Source: Camelus dromedarius | Taxonomy: Eukaryota | Direction: 5' to 3' | DNA: 64,000 nucleotides | NCBI RefSeq assembly: GCF_036321535.1 | Contig: NC_087437.1 | Location: 37,388,001-37,452,000 of the forward strand | In this document: positions 1 to 13,639 of the stretch, one piece after another | How the letters are laid out: each line of letters starts with the position of its first letter | How positions within the stretch are numbered: the first letter of the stretch is position 1 | Notes under the pieces: model-generated | Seen by the model: the letters and a program-made list of their open reading frames with translations, nothing else | What the model was told of the DNA's origin: nothing | Database searches by the model: none | Program-made: the position numbers and the translations under genes

Positions 1-1860
1 TTCATACTGGCCTCATTCACTTAGCAATACACATTTAAGATGTCTGATATAGTAATGTATACCTTCCCTCTTTTTCAGTTCATTAGCCTGGCTAGGATTT
101 TATGAATTGTACTGATTTTTTTTCCAAAGAATTAACTTTTGGTTCCTTTGAATTTCTCTATTTTTTCCTATTTTCAGTTTTATTGACTTCTGATCTAACT
201 GTATAATTTTCCTTCATCTGCTAGATAAATTACTCTTGATACTCCTTGATTCTGTGAGGTGAGAGATTAGGTCATTGATTTTACATATTTCTTCTTTTCT
301 AATACTTGCATATAATGCTGTAAATTTCACTCTAATCACTGCTTTCACTGCATTGCACAGTTTTTGATAAGTTGTATTTTTGTTTAGGTCAAAATATTTT
401 TAGATCTCTCTTCAGACTTCTTTGAATCATGGCTTATGTCAAATTGTGTTATTTAATTTGCAAATATTTGGGGATTTTCCAGCTTTCTCTCTGTTATTGA
501 TTTCTCTTTTGATTACATTGTGATCTGGGAAGATACTTTATATGGTTTCTATTCTTTCAAATTTGTTATTGTGTATTTTATACCCCAGAATGTGGTCTAT
601 CTTGGTTAATGTTCTATGTGAGTTTGAGAATAATGTGTTTTCTGCTGTTGTTTGATGCCATATCCTATAAATGTCAATTAAATCAAAATGATTGATACTG
701 TTGTTCAAGCCATTTTTATTTTTAGAGATTTTCTGCTTCCTTGATCTTTCAGTTACTGACAGAAAAGTGCTTAAGTCTTCAACTATAATAGTAGATTATC
801 TATTTCTTCTTTCAAATCTATCACTTTTGCCCTGCATTTTGACACTCTTTCTAGGTCCAGAAATGGTTAGGATTATTATGTCTCTTGAAGAATCTATCCC
901 TTTATTATTATGTAATGCTCTTCTTTATCCACTATAGTCTTCCCTGTTCTAAAATCAGTTTTCTCTAAAATTAATGTAGTGACACTGACTTTCTTTTCAT
1001 TAGTGGTATATTCTTCACCAGGCTCTTGTTTTTTCAAATATCTTAGTCTTTATTACTACAGTGGATTTCTCGTGGAGAATGCACAATTGGATCTTATTAT
1101 TTGTTCTTGTTTTCTAATCTACTCTAACAATTTCTGTCTCTTTAATTTGCATGTTTAGACAATTCACATTCACGGTGCTTATTGATATGGTTGGATTAAT
1201 ATCTACTGAGTTTGTAACTGTTTTCTATTTGTTGCATTTGTTTGTTGTTTCTTTATATTCTCTTTTTCTGCCTTCTTTGGTTTAATTGATCATTTTATAT
1301 GGTTCCATTTTGTCTATTCTTTTATCTTATCAATTTTACATCTTTATTAAATGTTCTAGTCTTGAAACAACACTCTACATTTTTATCTTCAAATAATACT
1401 ATATAATTTCATATGTAGTACAGGCACCTGATAGCAAACTATTCCCTATTCCTACCTCTTACCCTAGTGACACGTCTGTCATTCATTTCACTTTTCCATA
1501 TGCTATAATCATTCAATACATAGGTTTTATTATTACTTTAAGTTATTTTTAGAAATAACATGAATTACAAATAGGAATATAAATGATTTTATTTATGCTC
1601 ATTTTTTTCTGTCTCTGATGCTCTTATTTTTAAAACCTAATATCATTTTACTTCTGCTAGAAGAAGATCTTTTTAGCATTTCTTCCAGTGCAGCTCTGCT
1701 GGTGCTGAGTTTTATCACTTTGTCTAAGAAAGTCTTTATGTCGTCATTATTTTTGAAGGATGATTTTGCTGGATATAGAATTCTATGTTTTGCTGTGTTT
1801 TTTCCCCCAAACCTTTAAATATTTTATGCTACTTGTTTTCATTTGCATCGCTTCTGACTA
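1..1860 (-). mobile_element. Old L1 (L1M-type) ORF2 remnant, antisense
   Basis: T-rich sequence with L1 antisense phrases such as 'tgtggtctatcttggttaatgttctatgtgagtttgagaataatgtg' and 'ttttgaaggatgattttgctggatatagaattct'. Confidence 0.8.
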
Positions 1861-1861
1861 C

Positions 1862-2175
1862 CTGTGTTTACTGACCGGTGCTCACTGAAGTTAGGCTTTA
1901 CCTTTCCAGAAAGACTGGAAAATAGGGGTACTATCTTTCCTGATTTCAAAAGGTTGGCTCCCAGAGAATGTCTTTCCCTTGAGAAAGACAGTCTTCACTT
2001 GCAAAATTGGAGGAAGACTGGAAGAAGATTTACATCTCAAAGGGGCAGAGTAAAAGTTTACAATTGCAAGTTACTGAAACTAATGCTCTAAGAAAAGGGA
2101 AGCCAGGAGCTTATATTCAGGAGGAAGCCCGTCTAAAGTTAGTCAAGCTGAGGGGAACTTTAGCTCTGTCTTGGC
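1862..2175. mobile_element. Probable old LTR fragment
   Basis: Abrupt compositional change; ends with LTR-like 'gtctaaagttagtcaagctgaggggaac'. Family not determined. Confidence 0.35.
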
Positions 2176-2819
2176 CAAGGGCTAGCCTAAAAAAGAATTT
2201 TGGTTCCTGTAGTCAGAGAGATTCTGGAGTATCACAGGGATCAAGAGCGGGAAAGTGGAGAAAGGGCCTTTTGAGAAGGATACCAACAAATTTCATTTGG
2301 AAACCATTCAAAAGTTTTCTAGAAAGGCAAGTAAAGAATGAAATCCTAAAATGCCTCTAAAAAATAAAGTCTTAATTTTAACGAGTCCACATTAAAATAC
2401 TAGCTATGTAAGTTCAAATTACAACTTAATATAACTCTACATGGTTTGGCCAAAAGTCCACTTTTGAGTAACAGCAACATGGAAAGGAACCTAAAGAGTA
2501 TGAGAAATTAATCATAGAGCATTTGGGCCAAAAGCAATGGTAACATAGCAACAGAGAGATATTGCACTTGGACAGATTCATAAATCTCGAAGTACCATTT
2601 TATTCACTAAACTGATAATTATAATGTGCTTCATGTAGTGACAATCCAAAAGAATTAATTTAGGAGTCATAAAATATCTTTAAAGTGTACTGAGTCACAT
2701 GATTTTCAACTACATTCAGCATATTAAAAGCATAATGAGATATAACTACATCCTTATGAGAATGACTAAAATGCTGGAAAGGATTCAGAACAGTAAGACC
2801 TCAGTAGCAAAGAGCTCAC

Positions 2820-3710
2820 ACAGCACCAGGTCTTAGTTTCTTTATGTCAGTCTTCAATAAAAGGACAAAGGCTCCTCAGGAAATAGTTAATTTTACGGCT
2901 GGTAAAGGGAAAATACAAAATGAGCCTGTAGCAAATTATAGTGCTAGAAAGGAAGAAAATGCTAAAAAAAAAAAAAAAAGTGAAGAATATAAGTGCCAGC
3001 TGGAGCACACCTCCAGTGGCCCAAACTGGAACAATTTAAGTAGTAAAATAAAAGCAGTTTTGTATTAAAGCCCTAAGAGTAAAAGAATTATCCACAAGTT
3101 CATAATGATATAAATAAATGATTGAGTAAACATACAAAGTGGGAAAAATAACAAACCTTCCCTACAGAAGAATTTCAAATAATAACTGTATAGTAATTAG
3201 AGACATATAGTAATAATTGCTTTGGGCAAGATCCATTTATATCTGTTAAAATTATTAGGCTAAACTTAAAGGGGAGACAGGATATTTGTATATTCTCAAA
3301 CTTTCTCTCCCATTATATTAACTATTATGATGGTTCTAACACATGTCTACAAATTCTTTGATACTTTTTCTTCTTGAAGATGGAGTTGAATTCTAATCCT
3401 CTTCCTTGTGGGCTGGATTTAGTGACTCGCTTCTTCTGAACAGAGTGTGAAAAGGAAAACAGTGACTTTTACAGTGGAGAAACCTGACAGGCACTATCTT
3501 ACCCAAGTTATTGAGTTTAACGTTGCCAGTAGTCAAGGTGGTATCAACTACCTGCTGATACGATATCTTGAGGGGGGCACTTTACCTATGTGGCATTATT
3601 CCCTCAAATCTAAAACCCAAATTTAATCATGAGACAGTATCAGCCAAACCCAAACTGAGGGACTGTGAGACTTAGAGAGAAACCGACATCTATGGGAAAA
3701 TGAGCATGTT
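2820..3710 (+). mobile_element. L1MC/L1MD-type 3' UTR fragment
   Basis: Motifs 'acagtggagaaacctgacaggcactatcttacccaag' and 'aatcatgagacagtatcagccaaacccaaactgaggg'; similar to 39940-40570. Confidence 0.65.
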
Positions 3711-3834
3711 ACATATCTATACTGCTTTGTCATAACCAGTCCCTTTACTAACACACTGTGCTGTTGCTGGGGGAGTAATATGAAATTTATTACAGCGTAT
3801 TTCCCAGATAGTTTGTTAGTTTTTGGTTTTTTTA

Positions 3835-5130
3835 CTCATTTTTTCACTCAAAATATTATTGTGTCTAATATGCATGAACAACTATGCTAATCACTGGAGT
3901 TTCAACAGTGACCGCATCAAGCATGTCTTCACCACTGTAGAATTCATAGTCTACTGGACAACATAATCAAAAAGAAATGATAAATTAATTATGTACTTGT
4001 AAAATTAGTACAATTTTTGAAAGAGACAAGCAGAGCAGGAGGAAAAGAAGGTTATAAACTTGAAGAAGTTGAGATGGGAAGCCTTCTCTGTGAAGATGTT
4101 AATTGAGCTAAGACATGAATTGTGAAGAGAACCCAGAATGTGAAGACTGCTCCAGACAGAGACAATAGCGTGTGCAAAACCCCTGCACTGAAAAGAGCCT
4201 AGAAGATTCCAGAAAAAAAGACCATGTATGTAAACTGTAGTAGGTAAGGGAAGAGTGCTAGAAGTCCACTAGTTAATTGATTAATTAGTTCTTTCATTCA
4301 GTGAATACTTCCTCAATTCACTAGTAAACCAATTTTGGAAAAACATGTCTGGCATGCACCTTTGAAGGACTTATAGTCTCATGGGAAAGAAAGACAGTAA
4401 TCACACTGGCACACAAACAAATGTAGATAAAATGGGTCCACAAAAATGCTATGAATGAAAAGCTGCTTTTGATGAAAAGTGAAAAAGGGAAGACCCTAGG
4501 GAGGGGAAACTGCTGAGATCTTATAAAGGAGAATAAGTTGGCTTGATCAAGGGGAAATGAAAGGATTTTCCAAGGGGAAGAAAACAGAGATGCAGAATAA
4601 ACCCTATGGTGGTAGGAAATGTAAGAAGGAAGTGAAAAGAGACCATTGTGATGAGAAAGAGTAGACTGAGGGGAGCTTGTGTGACAAGGGTGATGAGAAA
4701 AGTTGAGGCCTAATATTCACTGCTAAAAAGCTGCATCCTCATCATAGGAGCAGTGGTTAGGCTTTGAACAGGAGAGACTCACATGCCTTGACTGAAGTTT
4801 GATCAAGTTCAGAGGATAGCACAGAAGAGAGATAAGAGGGATCCAGAATGGGTGCTGGTAGACCACGTGGGGCTACTGTAACATCCCTTTTGCAAGATGA
4901 TGGGACTATGGTACAGTTCTACCAGTGAACTTGGAGAAAGGTGGTAAGATTCAAGATCAATGTATTTGAGGGTCGAATAGTCAGGCATTAAAGTTGACTT
5001 TATAATTCTAACTTAAACTTGGAGAATAACAATACTGTTTGCGGAGATGGGGAGGTCCAGTGGCTGGGCAACATGCCTAAAGTGGGAAATGAGAATTTCA
5101 CATTTGAGTTACCTGTGAGACAGACAACTC
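3835..5130 (-). mobile_element. L2 LINE fragments
   Basis: Two degenerate L2 3'-end signatures (tcatt..aaatattattg; ttcattcagtgaatactt) followed by purine-rich L2 body. Confidence 0.6.
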
Positions 5131-6055
5131 AAAATGCATCAGCTTTCTTCCTTTTTTCATTTATGTCTTGGCTCTAATGCCACCTCCTCAGAAAGTCTCT
5201 CCCTGACAGTTCTATCTAAAATAACTCTTGTAGCCAGTAGTTCTATCATTTTCAGCTACCAAATATTCTATAGCACTTCCTGATCCCAAGTTATATATTT
5301 ATTTCTTTATTGACCTTTTCCTCCTTTAAACCAGTGGGGTTTAAACTCCATGTGAGGAGGGGAAGCAGGACTATGCACTAAACCTTACAAACAGGAAAAA
5401 AAAAGATATGTTTAGAATGCGGGTAGAAAAGGTATATACATGAGTGCATGTAGACAACTGAAACAAAACAAAGCAGACATTAAAAAAAATAAATATTTTT
5501 GCTACCAAATTAATATATGAACAGCTGTGCAGGAAACTTTACCTGATTTGAATACTGTACTTATAAATCCATATGTTATTTGTGGAAAATTACATATTAG
5601 AGAGACTTACTATGAAGTCCTTGATTTACTTAAAGCCATATTTAAACAATTCATGTGTGAAACAATATTTCTCTCTTCTGACTTTATACCATATTAATAA
5701 AATTTCCTTGAATCTGTATTTCTTACAGTTTACATTCAAGTAATTTTAAATTCTTAAACTTGAGGAGGATGAAATCCCAGTGCAATGTTTTTGTCCCCAT
5801 TTTTACTCCAAATACTAAAGTAAGTGGTGCTAGCAAAAACCCCTGTATACTTCATTGTGCCAATAACAGTTCTCTTTCCTGAGAAACAGAAAATGTATTG
5901 AAAATTAGTAATAAATGTTGAGTCTCATTTTTGCCATGCTCTTCTTCTATACCAATAGGAGTTTTTAGATCTTCCATAATATTTAATCCACATTCATACA
6001 CTATCTGATATCTAAGCTTCCATCTAGGTCTGAATCTTGTGATATTATGATATGT

Positions 6056-6486
6056 CTATTTATGTAGTTGATGTGTTAAAACACATTTGGATGAATATCC
6101 GCTTGGCTGAGAAGGGAAATCCTGAAATGGAGCAGTGTAAATGAACATCACAAAGTATAAGTAGATGCCTTCTCTGTTATCAACATTTTCTTCTGATTTG
6201 GGCAATGTCTTTGTCTTCTCATTATCAAATTCTGTACTCTTCACATTCCATATACTTTGTTATCTGCAGGTTCGTACATGATATGCTTGCAGGTTCCTCT
6301 GCAAAGTTGCACTAGACAAATACTTAACATACTCCAGAAGAGTCCTCTCATCTCATTAACAGAGAAGAGTATTTTTCTCCTTTTTATTCTCATTTCTGTT
6401 TTAGGGAAACAGTTCTTTCTTTTGTCCCATACTGTTCTTCTCAGACTATCACAGAAGCGCAACTGTGGATTTGAGCATATGTGCAT
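6056..6486 (-). pseudogene. Large distal exon remnant with SWIM-like finger
   Basis: ttaacttcag acceptor at 6487-6488. SICLVQLCRGTCKHI (6280-6324) fits C-x-C-x8-C-x-H if AGT was TGT. The 3' boundary is approximate. Confidence 0.5.
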
Positions 6487-6847
6487 CTGAAGTTAACAGT
6501 GGGAGGGGTGGAGAGCACATGGTCAAGTAACTGACAGGCTCAGCTTTACATTTATCTTGAGATCAATATCCAGGTCAAGAAGTCAAGCCATGAAGGGCCC
6601 TTTGACTTTGTTTGTCCCATTTATCCACTCGGTGATTTGCATTTTAGGAACCTCTTTTTTCTCCAGGAGTCCAGTATCATTCAGGGACACCCCTCTTCCC
6701 CCGGGGGGATTCAGTTGACTGAAAGGGAAAAGTTCAAATCTAACAGGATGTGACAGTTATATAAACAAACAATTATAATATGAGATAATGAGTCTCATGT
6801 CAAAGGTATTTGTCTAAGTGTCATAGGAAAAAAAGACTGACTTCTTA

Positions 6848-7180
6848 TGAAAACAAATGAACTTATTTATAGACAGAGACAGACTCTCAGACACAGAAAA
6901 CAAACTTATGCTTACCTGTGGGGGAAGGGAAGTAGGGAGGGATAGACTGTGAGATTGTAAGTTCAGGATTTGCAGATGCTAACTACTGAATGTAAAATAA
7001 ACAAGGTCCTACTGTACAGCCCAGGGAACTATATTCAATACCTTATAATATCCTATAATGAAAAAGAAATACATATATATATGTGTATAAATGAATCACT
7101 ATGCTATTCACCAGAAATTAACACATTGTAGATCAAATATTTTTTTAAAAAGTAGGAAAAAAGAAAAAAAATAAAGGAAA
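6848..7180 (+). mobile_element. 5'-truncated L1 3' end (cetartiodactyl-type)
   Basis: 'acagcccagggaactatattcaatacctt...aatcactatgctattcaccagaaattaacac' plus A-rich tail. Confidence 0.85.
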
Positions 7181-7555
7181 AACAAATTTTTCCTGGAAGA
7201 ATTAGGACTTATTTTTAAAGTATCATTTGACTTTTAATAAAAATTAAAAACTGAAGGTAATCAAAGTGATGCTCAGCAAAGAGAGTAGAGGGAAAAAGGC
7301 ATAGAGACAATCAGTGTTTAGAGAAACAGTTCTCAAATTGTGATCCTTAGTCCAGAGCATCAGCATCACATAAAAATGTATTAGAAATGCATGATCATGG
7401 TAGCACAAACCCTCATTTTGCTTTTGCAGGACTCCACTACACATCGAAGAAACAGAAATGCATATTTAGGTGAGACTGTTGAGACACAGACATTTGTTAT
7501 CTCTTGTGTCATTGCTCACCAGATTAAGTATGTTTTGATGCTAAAATAGCCTTAC

Positions 7556-7679
7556 TTTGCATGGGACAAATTAAATCTTTTGTTTCGACGGCTGGATGTA
7601 ATGAATAAATTGCTTTTCCTATCATTCTCAGTTTCATATTCTTCCACCACATTTGCTTCCTCATACACATAATGTGATG
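7556..7679 (-). pseudogene. Exon remnant
   Basis: ttttctcattttacag acceptor, AAA|gtaagg donor. Two frames are open (HHIMCMRKQMWW... and SHYVYEEANVVEEY...). Confidence 0.55.
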
Positions 7680-8576
7680 CTGTAAAATGAGAAAACTGAC
7701 AAGCAAGCAGAACAGACATAATTGCTTGAAATTTAACTTCAAAAAGCAGAAAAAGTTCTCCAAATTTCAAAAATGTCAATTTCTTTTGTTACATCATTTT
7801 GTCATTGTTATATTTGGTTTTGTTTTGTGTTAAAAAGTAATGCACTGTATATGTGTCAGGATCTCTTTCTTCTGCCCCTGCATAGTGTACAGATCCAGCT
7901 AAATGAGAACACCTTTCATTAAAATTAATCTGTCCACTCCAGTCAAAAAAAAATAATAACAATAATAGTATCTTTTCCTGAGAGTATCATGACACTAATA
8001 ACTAATACCACTGTTCAGCCATCACACATCATTGCTTCGTAATTTTGTGCATGGATATCTTATATTATCATTTAGTCTTTGCATTGTTTCTTAACATTTT
8101 TACATTTTAATATTAAATGGTATTGTATTTACATTTAAGGCATTCAGGCAAAGTCTCGATGACCAGAGAGTTATATTTTTATGAAGATCTCGGGGCTTAC
8201 CAGGAATACAATTTTTCTAAGGTTTTTCAGATCTAAACACAATCGCTGTACCTTAATATTCTGCTCTCTCCCGTCAATGCATTTAAATCAGTTTTTAATA
8301 ATTCTTTATGTTTAATTATGTGCCTGCCATTAGACAGTAAACTTTATGAAGGTACAGATGATTTTTCAGTTTTGTTTATTGTCATAGACCCAGTGACCAG
8401 CATAGTGCTTGGTACAAAGCCGGTGATGATTGTGTATTTTTTTAATTGGCAGGATAAGGGGCAAAACTGTAAGGAGCTAATGAAAAAGGAGATATAAAAC
8501 AAATGTCATGGAGCACAGATGTGATAAAATTGTTCTTTTGTCCGTCTTAGTATAAAACAATCACAGATACATTTAC

Positions 8577-8792
8577 CAAACGTGGAGACTTGGAAATATT
8601 GTGGTTTTGTAATAGTTGGCTTCTAATTTTATCCCAGAGTTGAATGTTCATGGAAACACAACTACGTATCTTTTTTTGCTTCCAATCAAAGTGAAGTTTT
8701 TTTAAATAGGGCCCTGTTTGATTGTACATTTCAACAGCACAAAGACAGCCGTGTGGAGATTTGTATTCAGAGAAGTCTTCCAATAAATGTCT
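8577..8792 (-). pseudogene. Exon remnant covering MULE catalytic-Glu helix
   Basis: ttatttaag acceptor, TTG|gtaaat donor, 216 nt, 72 stop-free codons. Contains QTGPYLKKLHFDWK, compare T-N-N-x-x-E-x-x-H-x-x-x-K, with Lys (AAA) one base from Glu (GAA). Confidence 0.65.
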
Positions 8793-8994
8793 CTTAAATA
8801 AGTAAATAAATTTTCTTTTTTTAAAGTAGTAAATTGATGTAATCTCAGTCATGAAAGTGCTGTTGTTCATTCTGTTTGCACATATAGTTTCTAATACTCT
8901 TGGCTGAACTGTACTATTATATTAGTTATTTGATAAATCAAACAAATTTTGATATTTATATAGTTTCACGGGATCCATTCCAGTGTCCTCTTAC

Positions 8995-9146
8995 GTGTCT
9001 TATTGTTTTTACAAATAAAGTTGTTAATCTTGGGGTTAGCATCTGCAATTTAAAAGTATTTATTGATAAATGCCAGCATAGCTTTTCATGGGGAAAATAT
9101 TATTGCAATTATGTTGCAACCAGCAACTCAATATTACTTTTGATAA
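8995..9146 (-). pseudogene. Exon remnant in MULE helical insertion region
   Basis: atttaag acceptor, CAC|gtaaga donor. Fragment AMLAFINKYF*IADANPKINNFICKNNK resembles MULE 'F...P...YF.KNW'. Confidence 0.4.
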
Positions 9147-9521
9147 CTTAAATTATGCTGTGAAACCTAATATACTTTGCTATTATAATAAAAAAGTAAT
9201 TTTTGTACTTTTTCCCCCCTGTGTTTACAGGGCACAAATCTGAAAAGACAAAGGAAACAGTAACTATTTATACCAAATGAATACTGGAAACTCCTATTAG
9301 CTTCCAACATTTTCTCTCATAGTTGATGACTTCCTACTCACATAGACTTGGTAGTACTTTTTAGTCAAAAGCACTAATTTGTACTGTGTTATTCACACAC
9401 TGCCATCTAGGTATCCTTTGGTACCATTCTATATCCTAGTATGCACAAGCAAACTCACAAAACTCTTTGAGTTTCTCTTCAATAATAGTTGGTTGGTCTT
9501 GCAGATACCCAATTAGTAATC

Positions 9522-10466
9522 TTTTTTTTTTTTTTTATTGAAGTAGAGTCAGTTCTAATGTGTCAGTTTCTTGTGTACAGCATAAAGTCCCAGTCATGCA
9601 TATATATACATATATTCATTTCCATATTCTTTCTCATTAAAGGTTATTACAAGATATTGAACATATTACAAGATATCTATTTGCTTAATCTATTTTTATA
9701 TATAGTGATTAACCTTCATAAATCTCAAACTCCCAAATTTATCCCTTCCCATCCCCTTCCCCCAAGTAACCATAAAATTGTTTACTATGTCTGTGAGTCT
9801 GTTTCTGTTTTGTAGATGAGTTCATTAGTATCTTCTTTTTTTCTCTTTCTTTATTCTTTTTTTTTTTTTTGATTCCACATATGAGTGATATCACATAGTA
9901 TTTTTCTTTCTCTTTATGGCTTACTTCATTTAGAATGACAATCTCCAGGTCCATCCATGTTGCTGCAAATGGCACTATTTTATTCTTTCTATGGCTCAGT
10001 AATATTCCACTGTATAAATATACCACAACTTCTTCATCCAGTTATCTGTCAATGGACATTTAGTTTGTTTCTATGTCTTGGCTATTGTATACAGTGCTGC
10101 TATGAACATTTGGGTGCACATATCTTTTTGAATTGGAGATCCCTCCAGATATATGCCCAGGGGTGGGATTCCTGGATCATATGGTAAGTCTATTTTTAGT
10201 CTTCTGAGGAATCTCCATACTGTTTTCCATGCTGGCTGCACCAAACTACATTCCCACCAGCAGTGTAGGAGGGTTCCCTTTCCTCCACACCCTCTTCAAC
10301 ATTTATCATTTGTGGACTTTTTTAATGATGGCCATTCTGACTGATGTGAGGTGATGCCTCACTGTAGTTTTGATAGGCATTTCTCTGATAATTAGTGATA
10401 TTGAGTATTTTTTCACGTGCTTATTAGCCATTTGTATGTCTTCATTGGAGAATTGCTTTTTTAGGT
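9522..10466 (-). mobile_element. Young 5'-truncated L1 (ORF2 end + 3' UTR)
   Basis: Poly-T start; ORF 9739..10026 gives the L1 ORF2 C-terminal remnant IVPFAATWMDLEIVILNEVS. Confidence 0.9.
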
Positions 10467-10983
10467 AGCAAATTCAGTAGAGAGCTTAGCAGCTTGGAAT
10501 CAATTAACTGGATTCAACGAATCCATTCTGTTGCCAGTGGCAGAATAGCCTCTAAACATTTAACTCGAGTCTTTTTTTTTTTTTTTCTGTAACATGGGCA
10601 ATGATTTAAAAACAATAGCAAAAACTGCCTATTGAATTTTCTATTCATTAAACAAATATTTATTAAGCATTCATATAGTGTCAGATACTCTTCAATTTAC
10701 CAAGGAGGAAACCAGATGCCCGTCTTCTTGTAGCTTACATGGGCTGTGTGATTATTGAGTTGATTCAAATAGTATACTTAAACTGCATCAAGAATCTACT
10801 AACTATAAAAGAAAGCTCCTATAATAAATATGATAAATTATATTATTATTACTTCAGCACATTGTGAGCTAACATGAAATCCTTTGTCATCTGATTTGGT
10901 TTGGTTTGATTTAATGCAGCAGAAATGACAGACAGTGGAAGTGATCAACACTCAATAGCTGATAATAACCACAATCCTCATAC

Positions 10984-11072
10984 TTCCTTATATAATATAT
11001 ATGACTTTGATGATAAATGAAATGTGGTCTGAGTGTGTACCTACTGATAACTTGCCACAATCTGGCAACATA
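10984..11072 (-). pseudogene. Possible small exon remnant
   Basis: tgtttcag acceptor, GAA|gtatga donor. The upstream intron would be only 69 nt. Confidence 0.25.
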
Positions 11073-11141
11073 CTGAAACATATTCAATCATTTTATTTAT
11101 ACAAGTTTGGAAGTAAGTATTTTTTCTGAAAGTTTGCTTAC

Positions 11142-11195
11142 CTTAATTTATGAAAAGCTTTCAGAATCATAAAGTTTAATTAATTTTTAATTGGA
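11142..11195 (-). pseudogene. Small exon remnant
   Basis: tttatgttag acceptor, AAG|gtaagc donor, 54 nt, ...FMILKAFHKL. Confidence 0.35.
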
Positions 11196-11557
11196 CTAAC
11201 ATAAAGTACAATCTTTATGGAGCTCTTTATATCTACCATTCTAATGGATAATCCACTTTTATAGTAAACAACAGAATATGTTTTATTCACTGAATCCCTG
11301 GGAAGTTAACTCTGTTTTGAATAAAGAATGAGTTGCACATTCTTGGAATTATATGTCAAGGATAAACTTTTAATGTAGTGAGAAACTAAGCTTAACTCAA
11401 TCTCAATGACAAAGGGAACTAAAAATAGCACTTTGTAATTATTAGAATTCTAAGTTCTTGCTCAGTTCATCTATTAACCTTCATTTTCTCTTTCATTTTA
11501 TCATTTATTCTTCTCAACTTTTAAATTTCTATATGAATCAATATTTCTTGTGCATGT

Positions 11558-12045
11558 ATGTATTATTTCTCTATGACTACTGTAAAAAATTACCACAAAC
11601 TCTGTGGCCTAAAGCAATAAATTATCATCTTACAGTTCTATGGGTTAGATGTCTGACTTGGCCCATACTGGGCTTAAATTCAAAGTGTTTGCAGGGTTGC
11701 ATATCTTCTGGAGGCTCTGGGAAAGAATCAGATCCTTGCCTTTTCCAGCTTCCAGATGCTACACACATTCCTTGGCTTGTGGCCCATTACTCTATTTTCA
11801 AAGCCAACAATAGTGGGTTGAGTATTTTTCATAATGCCATCTGCTGGTTCTCTGCATCTAGAATAGGTATCTGGTTTTGAGAATCGTGCAATTAGATTGG
11901 ATCCACTCGGCTAGTCCAGGACACTTTCTCATCTCAAGGTCTTTAACTTTAACTTAATAATATCTGCAAAGTGCCTTTTGCTGTGTAAGGTAATATACTT
12001 CACAGATTAGATTGTGGACATCTTTGGGGATTATCATCCTGCCTA
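11558..12045 (-). mobile_element. MLT1 (MaLR) solo LTR
   Basis: 'aaattaccacaaactc..tcttacagttct', 'ccttgccttttccagcttccaga', 'atctgcaaagtgccttttgc' MLT1 hallmarks. Confidence 0.8.
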
Positions 12046-13478
12046 CGGTGGTCTGTAAACATGTACAGTAATAAATCATAAAATAAGTAGGTGAGATGTA
12101 TATAAAGAAAATTATTTTAGAGAAGAACATTTTGTATTTATTGCTTAAAAACATAGCAAAGAATTCCAAAAAAAAGATACATTATTTGTTAAAATTTAAC
12201 ATAATGTCCTCAGAAATTTTAGATGACTTCATTATCTTTTTCTTCATATAGGTCACAATTTTTCTTATTATTATTATTTTCTTATTTATATAATCTCCAT
12301 GTCTCCTGTTTATGGCCAAGAGTACTCGAAATAAGACATTTCTAGCTTGTGTAGTGTACAATCCAGGGAATGTCTGTTATACTCACTGGAATGGGGACCG
12401 TATCACAATCTCACACACACATTCTTACAGCACTACAGACATAGAATTATTATAGTACATTTAATGGAGAGCATCACCCTTGAAAATGCATGTTAGCACA
12501 GTGACTGCTTTAAGAAGTAGGTAAGAGTTTTCTTTTCCTCTTCCCATGCCTCCAGCATCTCTGACCTATAAAATGTTGTTTCCTATTTTGGTGTCTGCCT
12601 TAATAAGGAGTTCAATCTACTCAGGGTTATTTAACCTCCTTAACTCCACTCTGGGCTCACTGATGATCCAATGCCTGGGTATTTACTGGATTTAACTGCA
12701 ATTGTATGTTCCTGGCTTTCAAAAACCCTTACCATGTACAAAATAATCTCAAATTCCCTAAGAGAGAAAAAAACTTAATTTATTTTTACTTCTTCCTTTT
12801 CCCTTGTATTATTTTTTCAATTTTTTCCCACCTAACAATAATTTATCTTTCCTTATTTTCTCCTCATTTACTAACACCTACTCCCCGCTGTCACTTAGCC
12901 TGCTACTACAGACACAGAGCATTCACACACACTTTATATTGCTCAAAGTGCTTTCACATTAAAAATAAATTCTGATTGAGGTAAAAATCTTCATGGCTTC
13001 TCGCCTTTTACTTTATTCTCTGCTGCTCTATGGATTTACCTCTGTCTTCTCGTTTAGGAGCAGCGATGTTTAGGCTTCAGGGACTCTTCTCATCCCTAAT
13101 TAGGCGGACCCTTTGTAAGCCCTAGTTAAACAGCTCAGGTGAGTCTTCATCAATTCCACTTCATTGCTGGTCTGTTTATAGAAATGGTAATTCCCTGTAT
13201 TTCCCTAATGCCATGTCTTCATTGAGTTCAGTTCCAGTTACTGGTCTTCATCAGAATCCCACCTAACCCCATAGCTTAGTCTCCACTATTTTTTCTTAAA
13301 TCTGTCAAACACCAAGAGACTAACCACTGGATCCTAACGTCTTGCCTCTTCAAGCTGCTCCCTCCTCGTGGGATCCTGTGGTGGCTTGGATGACTATCTA
13401 CTGGACATCACTATACTCAGAGATACACTGGGCCACTGCACACATGTGTTTCTCCTATCACGTGCCCCCTAGCCTGAC

Positions 13479-13575
13479 CCATGGATAGATCCATTTAAAA
13501 AGTTCATCATCAAGAAACAAGCAAACTGTCCAAATAACATCAGTCAATAAAACATTATCATGAATATTTAGAAGT
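13479..13575 (-). pseudogene. Exon remnant with degenerate MULE CxxH motif (VCLFL)
   Basis: atgaaag acceptor, gtcagg donor (uncertain). Open frame LLNIHDNVLLTDVIWTVCLFLDDELFKWIYPW; CTT at the His position is one base from CAT. Confidence 0.4.
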
Positions 13576-13639
13576 CTTTCATAGAAATATAAAGGTATTG
13601 TGCCTTTATAATTTTTTCAGATCTTTTGCAGATTATCAG

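Noticed and set aside
9489..10344. Cluster of ORFs in the track (108, 95, 76, 63 aa)
   Set aside because: All lie within a truncated L1; they are ORF2/3' UTR remnants or antisense frames.
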